Shown one piece after another: positions 56,577 to 64,000 of a DNA stretch of 64,000 bases (position 1 is the stretch's first letter; the number at the start of each line of letters is the position of its first letter). Source of the stretch: Octopus vulgaris (Eukaryota); assembly GCA_951406725.2 (NCBI GenBank), contig OX597818.1, positions 63,984,001 to 64,048,000 of the forward strand. The letters run 5' to 3'. The notes beneath the pieces are model-generated. The model made no database searches. It was not told where the DNA came from and was given only the letters and a program-made list of their open reading frames with translations. A program made the position numbers and the translations under genes.

Positions 56577-57382
56577 AAAAAGCCCGTCGGCGACAGTAAA
56601 TCGTTAACCATCTTAGTGTCCATAGGACCCTTTCCCCGATGAAAGAAAAGATGCGACACCAAAGAAAGATATACTTTTCCCAACAAGACATATTATTAAA
56701 GGAATAACACACATCACTACATAATGTATACAAACCCAAAGAAAATGAGCAATTACTGTAATTGTGAGTTTCCTTAAAAAGATTGAAAATGCTGTAAAAT
56801 GGTTTCGTCAAGTCTTTATCAATAAATAAATGTACATATGCAAAAACGAAATAAAACACATAGAAAATACATACACACGATAAAGTGCTTAAAGCTAAAA
56901 AAAATGGACAAAAACAGGTGGTTATGATAGCAATGATCATGAGATAAAACCAGTACGGCCATCGTTCCAATTTGATGGCTCGAAATGTTAAATAGATTGC
57001 TCCGAAACAAATTTGAACGCTGGAAAAGACGGTTCCTTGCATTCCGACTAATTTGAATGCTCTCGATTGGCATTTTAATTTGAATGATTTAAATGCTAAA
57101 TTCTTTGACCGAAGTGCGAAGTGAATGATCGAAAAACGAATTTGAATGACTAACTTCATGGCGCTAATTCTTCTCGCGACTTTCAATGACCTGATTACAA
57201 ATTGAATGGCGCACATACTAAAAGACTGCAAAAGCCAATACAAACCTACAAAGTCTATATCGACACAGACATTGAAAATAACGTTTATCTAACGAGTATC
57301 TCCTTCCAATATTACAATATTGGGAATGGCAATTGGATTCAAGACAAGAAATAACAATCTGTGTGCGCGAGTGTGTGGATAT

Positions 57383-57560
57383 AGGCGCAGGAGTGACTGT
57401 GTGGTAAGTTGCGTGCTTACCAACCACATCGTTCCGCGTTCAGCCCCACTGATATAGCGTCTTGGGCAGATGTTTTCTACTTTCTACTATAGCCCCGGGC
57501 AGATCAAAGCCTTGTGAGTTAATTTGGTTGCCGGAAACACTAACAAGCCTATATATATTG
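57383..57560 (+). mobile_element. SINE family A, 5' half
   Basis: ggcgcaggagtgactgtgtggtaag...gccttgtgag. Confidence 0.85.
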
Positions 57561-58904
57561 TTGCATTTCGGGATGGTCCTATTATTTTGAGAAATAAACA
57601 CACACGTTATATTTTCGTTCTTCGGTCGTTCATTAGTGTTCCTATTCTGACTCATATCCATTGCCCGGATATATTTGGTCACACCTCTATGACCTCAGTG
57701 ACACTTTCCATTCAGGTGTGTGCTCTTGTTCCGCTTCCTCAATTATTTTCTATTATGCGGACTGTTTTAATGTGTATGTGCGGGTGTGTGTCTTCGCCCA
57801 CGCTGCTGAACTCGTGGTAGTTGTATTTTCTTATTGCCGTATTTTCTGTTGTCGTTGTTGGTGGCGTTGTTGAAATGTTTGCGGCCGTTCCACAATTGCT
57901 GTTTGTATGTTTTTATGCGTTTATGGTTTCGCTTAATATGTTGTTTGTATCCGTGCCCTTTATTCAGTTTTTTTTAAATCTCAATTTATTTTATTCATCA
58001 TAGATATGTGCGTATTTCTCTATCGTGTGTGTTTTATACTCCTTGTATCGTATCATTCTCCCTTCTATAATTAGTCAACATGATATGTGGCGGTGTGTGT
58101 TATTCTATTCGTGTATTTTGTTGAGGCTCGGTCTGTGTGTAGCATCTGTGATTTGGCTAAGTTTCATGTCAGTTTTATGCATTGATATTATTTTAATCTC
58201 TATGCTATTAAGCGAGCCCGTATCTTCTCATTGAGCACTGAAGAACCTAAAATGTAATTGAGCTCAGGCCATTGTTCACCTATACGTTTCTCTATGTTGC
58301 GTGCCGTCTCTGCGACAATGTGCAGAAAGATGACAACTACTTACATTGATAAAAGAGCACGTACCATAGTGGAGCGTATAGGGGGAACACTGGCGGCAAA
58401 CAGCAACAGCGGCAGCAACACCAACAATAGCAACAGCAACTACAACGATGTTAGCAGCGTGAACAAACACTAAAACAGAGAGAGATACAGGAACGGTACC
58501 ACAAAACGGGGTCAAGGACAGACGCAACCGCAAAGGGGTGTGTGGGAGAGGAAGAGGAGAGGGCCGTAGTCCCCATAAAATATATAAGTATATACATCAT
58601 AGAAGCCGAATTGACTAAGCGGAGAAAGAGCATGCTCGAGGAGGGAAAATGTCAATGTAGAGGTCACAGACGTGTGACGAAAGATTTCCGGATCATTGGA
58701 TATTAATTAGTCAGAATAGGATCAGTGACAAACGAGTGAATAATGTATATATTATTGTGTGTGTCTCCATGGCAAAAGAGAATATACAAAAATTACCATA
58801 CTGAAATACAATAATATATGTCTCAACACACGGTTCCACACGAGGAATATTGCAATAGATATTCATAAACGCATGGCTGCAAACTTGGTCTCAAACCAGT
58901 AAAG

Positions 58905-58945
<41 letters not shown>

Positions 58946-58948
<3 letters not shown>

Positions 58949-59198
58949 AAGCACATGGCCTAGTGAACACACTGGGCGATGTGTATATGAGCGAAACACC
59001 TAAGCTCCACGCGGCTCCGGCAGAAGGTAGTGGCGAACTTCTACTGACTCTTTCGCCACAACTATCTCTCACTCTTTCCTCCTGCATCTTGCAGCTCACC
59101 TGCGACGGACCGGCGTCACGTCCAGGTGGGGAACCTATACGCCAAGGAAACCGGGAAACCGGCCCTTATGATCCAAGCATGGCTTGAGAAGGAACAAA
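58946..59198 (+). mobile_element. SINE related to family D (shared core, deleted head, different tail)
   Basis: gagcgaaacacctaagctccacg...cacaact.tctctcactctt is shared with 31812-31910. Confidence 0.7.
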
Positions 59199-59572
59199 AT
59201 ACACTCACACGCAGATACACAGAGACACACAGATATATATATATATATAATTATGCCATCCTTTAAGAGAAGATTGCATCCTAGTTCTCTGTTTTTACCA
59301 TTGTTCACTGCAAGATTATCTGCGTTAATTTTGCGATGATGGGTATAGTTGTTTAAATTGTTCATGAATGTAAAAGGAAACGAAGAATTTGTCGTATAGA
59401 TATGAGTTTATTCAACGATATTCAAATCAGTAAAATACGAATTTATATATATCTCCCTCTATGACGGAGAGTCATGATAGGTATACTGGGCGTCGTATAT
59501 TTTACTCCAGTGTCACTTTGATGACATGCATTGCTCTCTCACTCAATAATAATTATGATGATGATGATGGTG

Positions 59573-59642
<70 letters not shown>

Positions 59643-59644
<2 letters not shown>

Positions 59645-60017
59645 TGCTTTCTAATTGATGTATCAATACCGGCAGATGACAACGTGTTTCTAAAAGAAAT
59701 GGAGAAACTCTCAAAATACAAAGACCTGGAAATAGAGGTAACTAGAATGTGGAATCTGAAAACAGAAACAATTCCTATCATAGTAGGTGCATTAGGCATG
59801 ATAAAAAAATATTCAGACAAATACATAACAAAAACACCAGGATTTACAAACACATATAACATACAGAAAATTGTACTACTAGGTACTGCACACATCCTAC
59901 GCAGAACGCTTTCCATACAATAACCATCAGAGCATCACAACAAATCACAGCACATACCCAAGGCACATAGAGCTGCGCTCGGTAGTGAAGTGAAAGCACG
60001 CTATAAAAATAAAACTA

Positions 60018-60021
<4 letters not shown>
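59643..60021 (+). mobile_element. 5'-truncated R4/Dong-clade non-LTR retrotransposon (RLE C-terminus + 3' UTR) within (AAT)n
   Basis: CFLIDVSIPADDNV..KEMEKLSKYKDLEIEVTRMW..IPIIVGALG..IQKIVLLGTAHILRR, stop at 59923. (AAT)n on both sides. Confidence 0.9.
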
Positions 60022-60051
<30 letters not shown>

Positions 60052-60461
60052 TTAATAATAAGAAGAGGTGACATCTAAAGAATGGGACCTAGATAATAGA
60101 TAAATCGAGGCTTATTTATATATGTTATAATTTAGAACTAAGTGTAAGTTGTCATTATGGTAGCCGGTGGTTTGAATGTCGGAGCAAAGAGGTGTGATGC
60201 ATTCTTGTCAGCTATTAATGGCAATAGATGCTACGATAAACCGTTGAATAAAAGGGACGTTGCTGTAGAAGAAAAAACAAGACAAACAGTTAAAAAATAC
60301 ACACAAACTTATGCTCACAATACATAGACATACATATCTTGCATACATAATGTGTACATACGTACACACACAAACATTTATACCCACATGCATGAACACA
60401 TACAGACCTACATGTGCTTGTACGTACACAAACATATAAACATAGACACACACGCACACAT

Positions 60462-60500
<39 letters not shown>

Positions 60501-60539
60501 AGCATACATTCACACTCCTTCATACTCGTATATAAATAA

Positions 60540-60591
<52 letters not shown>

Positions 60592-60592
<1 letters not shown>

Positions 60593-60812
60593 ACCTCGTC
60601 TGTATCACTAGTGATTTTTTTGCCCTGTCTTCCCTTCTCGGGATCTTTCCTTCTCGGGATCTTTCCTTCTCCTATGTTTCCGACGAAGAGCTCCGCTCGA
60701 AACGTCAAGCCCTCCTTCTTCCCTTCTTTCCTGAGCGTCCAATAATACTTTATTTGTTCCACGTCCTTGCGTTGTTGTTTTTTTTGTTTTTGTTTTCTTG
60801 TTTGGATTAACT
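60592..60812 (+). mobile_element. Short pLTR-like element with an HHR-like motif, within (TG)n/(TA)n
   Basis: HHR-like motif at 60677-60709. Internal duplication ccttctcgggatcttt x2. 3' part is repeated at 536-614. Confidence 0.7.
60677..60709 (+). ncRNA. Minimal hammerhead-like motif with a U4C core (GUC)
   Basis: UUU CCGACGA a GAGC-ucc-GCUC GAAA CG UC AAG. Weak stem I. Confidence 0.6.
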
Positions 60813-60813
60813 T

Positions 60814-60844
<31 letters not shown>

Positions 60845-60851
60845 CACACAC

Positions 60852-60952
<101 letters not shown>

Positions 60953-61353
60953 TATATGCATATACATCTTCCTATCACACACTAACACCCGCATGTATAC
61001 AAACACAAGCATATCCACATAAACGAAGGGTACGTGTGCATGAATGTCGCACTTACGCACTGGACACAGTCATACACTCAAATATATGCATACACACACA
61101 TATATATATACAAACGCACACAGATATACATATAAAATATATAGATGCACATTTACATATACTCACACACGTACGCATTCACACAATCAGAAAGGAAAAC
61201 GAGAAACAATTGAAAATATATATATAAAAAATTAAAATAATCTAAGACGTATGGGAAGCTTGTGCAGGAACACAGTAAATATAACATATATATATATATA
61301 TATACACACATACATATCTATCTCTATATATTAGTGTGACTTCATGTAGGAGC

Positions 61354-61388
<35 letters not shown>

Positions 61389-62191
61389 CATTTCTTTATG
61401 TGTCTATTCATGTACTCCTAGAAAGACGTGTGTTTGATATAAACTACCTGTTAATAAAAAGCATCGATTCTCGTCTCTTCCTAAAAAAAACGACATATTT
61501 TGTATGGTTTAGCGTAAAAATATGGAGATTTTTACTGTCTTCAATAGAGTAAAGATTTTTGCTATACACATCGGAAATACTTGGCTATAATACTATCTCA
61601 GAGTATACGAAATATGCGGTATCCTGAGTGAATGAAATTAAATTGCTAGTGGCACTTACTCCAGTATTTCAATACAAATACTGTGCAGTATATTATCATT
61701 TCTTTTCTGTATGTTTGCAAGATGATATTGTTATTATTAGAAAGAATTTCGAATTTGATTTGCTCGCGGATAATTCGTTATCTCAAAATTATCTAAAGTT
61801 TATTCATATATTTTCGTGTGTTGTGTTGTGATCTACATTGAAATAATCTGATAATTGAAATATTCTCTGACCTTACATATTCACACAAACGCACAGACAC
61901 CCGCACACGAATACACACACAAGGATTCACACGCTCACAAACACTCATTATATATATATATATATATATATCTTTCATGAAGGTAAGAATAATATGAAAC
62001 ATATGGTGTATATTTTCTATGACCTGCAAATAGTTTCGTGTGATGAAATCAACACAGACAGCATTTAATAACACGTCTGGTACCTTCACGCAGTCCTCAG
62101 GCTATGCCCGCATAAAATTTATATACTGTGTGTAGTAAACAATATATATCTATCTCTATTTATGTATCTATATATACACACACACACACAT

Positions 62192-62240
<49 letters not shown>

Positions 62241-62244
<4 letters not shown>

Positions 62245-62367
62245 TAAATAAATGGAGTTGAAGGAAGATGTTATTAAAATTCTTTTACTTTCGACATAAG
62301 TTTCGAAGACCCTAGTAACTGTTTATTGAATTTTCCATGTTAACGGTAAACAAAAGATAATTCAGTC

Positions 62368-62372
<5 letters not shown>
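62241..62372 (-). mobile_element. Truncated pLTR-like fragment with only the 3' half of an HHR
   Basis: Minus strand cGAAA C-uuau-G UC at 62293-62305. No CUGANGA upstream. (TA)n on both sides. Confidence 0.4.
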
Positions 62373-62416
<44 letters not shown>

Positions 62417-62417
62417 C

Positions 62418-62451
<34 letters not shown>

Positions 62452-64000
62452 ATACTTAATTACATTTGTATCAGAATATGGCAGCATATGTGTGTTCTGA
62501 GTGCTTGTGTGTGCATCTGTGCCATTGATGTCATCATTGCACATACATTCTTTATTTCATGCAAACTACATTAAATTTCCGTGTTTGATAGCTTCGTTAT
62601 CCTGAACATTATAATATGGTGAAAAGAAAAGGATTATGAAATGCCAACTTACATTTCCGTTCCAGTTTTTCACTGTAAACATACTTTTGTATGATATTCT
62701 ACTTAATATTATTGTCCTTAATAACCATTCTTCAGGGATTAACGCAATAGATTTGCAACCAGACATCGAGTGACCGACGATTCGTTGAAAAATGTGCATT
62801 CTCTTCCTTAGTATCCAGTCTTAAAAATGTGAATATATGCGAAAGTTTCAAACTTTATTTTAAAGCATATTCGTGCGTAGTGATCTTTGTAATGAAATAC
62901 TTCGTTTGACATAACTAAATATTATTCTATTACATCAGTATTAAATCCTTGCTTTTGTTTTGGATTTCAAACATGAATTCAGTTGTATAAACCTCAAGAA
63001 ACAAATTTTCAAATAATTATGCTGAACATTTCCTAACGTCTCAGTTCATTTGCTCTAACGTTCATTTCATTCGCAATATAGCGATAACTCGCTTGATTGA
63101 ATTCGTCTAAAATAACTTACTAATTGCCTCAGTGCATTCAAAAAAGATTTTGTGTGTTTCTCAGGTGAACTAGCTCAAGGAGAAAAATGACATTGCCTAC
63201 TATACAACATTCCTTGCACGGCTCTCTTATACAAATATAGTTTGAAATTATTTATACTGAATTTAGTGCTTCCAGCTCTCGAAAATATATGGGATTTTAA
63301 ATGTGTGTGTGTGTGGAATTACTGCTAATCGTGTTTTTAACTGCGGTGCATGGGAATTTCCTCTCCGTTTTTCCTCATCATCTCACTCGAGACTAATATA
63401 ACAGCTCTCGAAGTCTTTATAATTATTCTATAATTATTCTCTGACATCTTTTGTGAGTTAATGCTTCCATTGCGAAAAGTTGAAATGTATTCAGTTGAGT
63501 TCGTTTTATTCGTATTCTTGTGTGCTTGAACACGCGCACGTGCACGCACGAACTCACACGTACACACAAATGCATATACATATATATTCGTATATATTGT
63601 GTGTAATACCGAAATAACTGGAATGAACTAGTTAATAAAATAAATCTGATGCACATTCCAGTTTTGAAAACCCTCACTAAAATGATATGAATATAGATCT
63701 TTAAACTCTCTCGTGACATATTAGATAGATTTCACATAACAGTCGTGCTCTTTCAAACTCTTATTATGAAAATATTCAAAAATCTGAGACCCGTCGTGTT
63801 CAAAGTACTGGAGAACTCCTTTTGACTTCGGTGGTATGTCTAAGCCATAAACTTTAGCACGTTCTCATAAATATATGCAATTTAGAGATATTATAAACGC
63901 AGCTGAGAATCTCTTCAAAACAGGCTTTGCAAGAACTAATTGACTCAATTAAGATCGTAACTTATACATATATCTGTTAACTGAATATTTGATAACTTAA

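Larger units (their letters stand above)
54740..57240 (+). mobile_element. IS630/Tc1/mariner-superfamily DNA transposon with long diverged TIRs
   Basis: About 54740-54972 and 57011-57240 are inverted repeats flanking a transposase pseudogene. A SINE is nested at 56342-56576. Confidence 0.85.

Noticed and set aside
63150-63245. Possible host exon after a tttctcag acceptor-like site
   Set aside because: No supported reading frame or donor site; small exons cannot be excluded without transcript data.

Overview
AT-rich, microsatellite-dense eukaryotic non-coding DNA with no recognisable host gene. The repeat content ((TA)n/(CA)n/(TATC)n/(AAT)n arrays plus characteristic tRNA-derived SINEs) suggests an Octopus/cephalopod genome (inference). 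Almost all listed ORFs are microsatellite artefacts. Genuine coding remnants are all from transposable elements: a near-complete CR1-group LINE ORF2 with two frameshifts (4767-7993, -), a Penelope-like (PLE) RT fragment (24150-24750), R4/Dong fragments, a dead IS630/Tc1-type transposon with long TIRs, a Tc1/mariner fragment and a LINE ORF1 remnant. A non-autonomous Helitron and about a dozen SINEs are also present. The main signal not visible in the ORF track is a set of type I hammerhead ribozyme (HHR) motifs. Eight look complete, from seven unrelated sequence families, and several more are decayed or partial. They sit in short non-coding elements embedded in (TA)n or (AAT)n microsatellites and show PLE-type tandem or inverted ends. 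One is a young tandem pair 546 nt apart that could release a retrozyme-like circular RNA. Recurrent non-canonical cores include a compensated U3-A8 pair, U10.1.U11.1 and U4C. All folds were assigned by eye and none is tested for activity.
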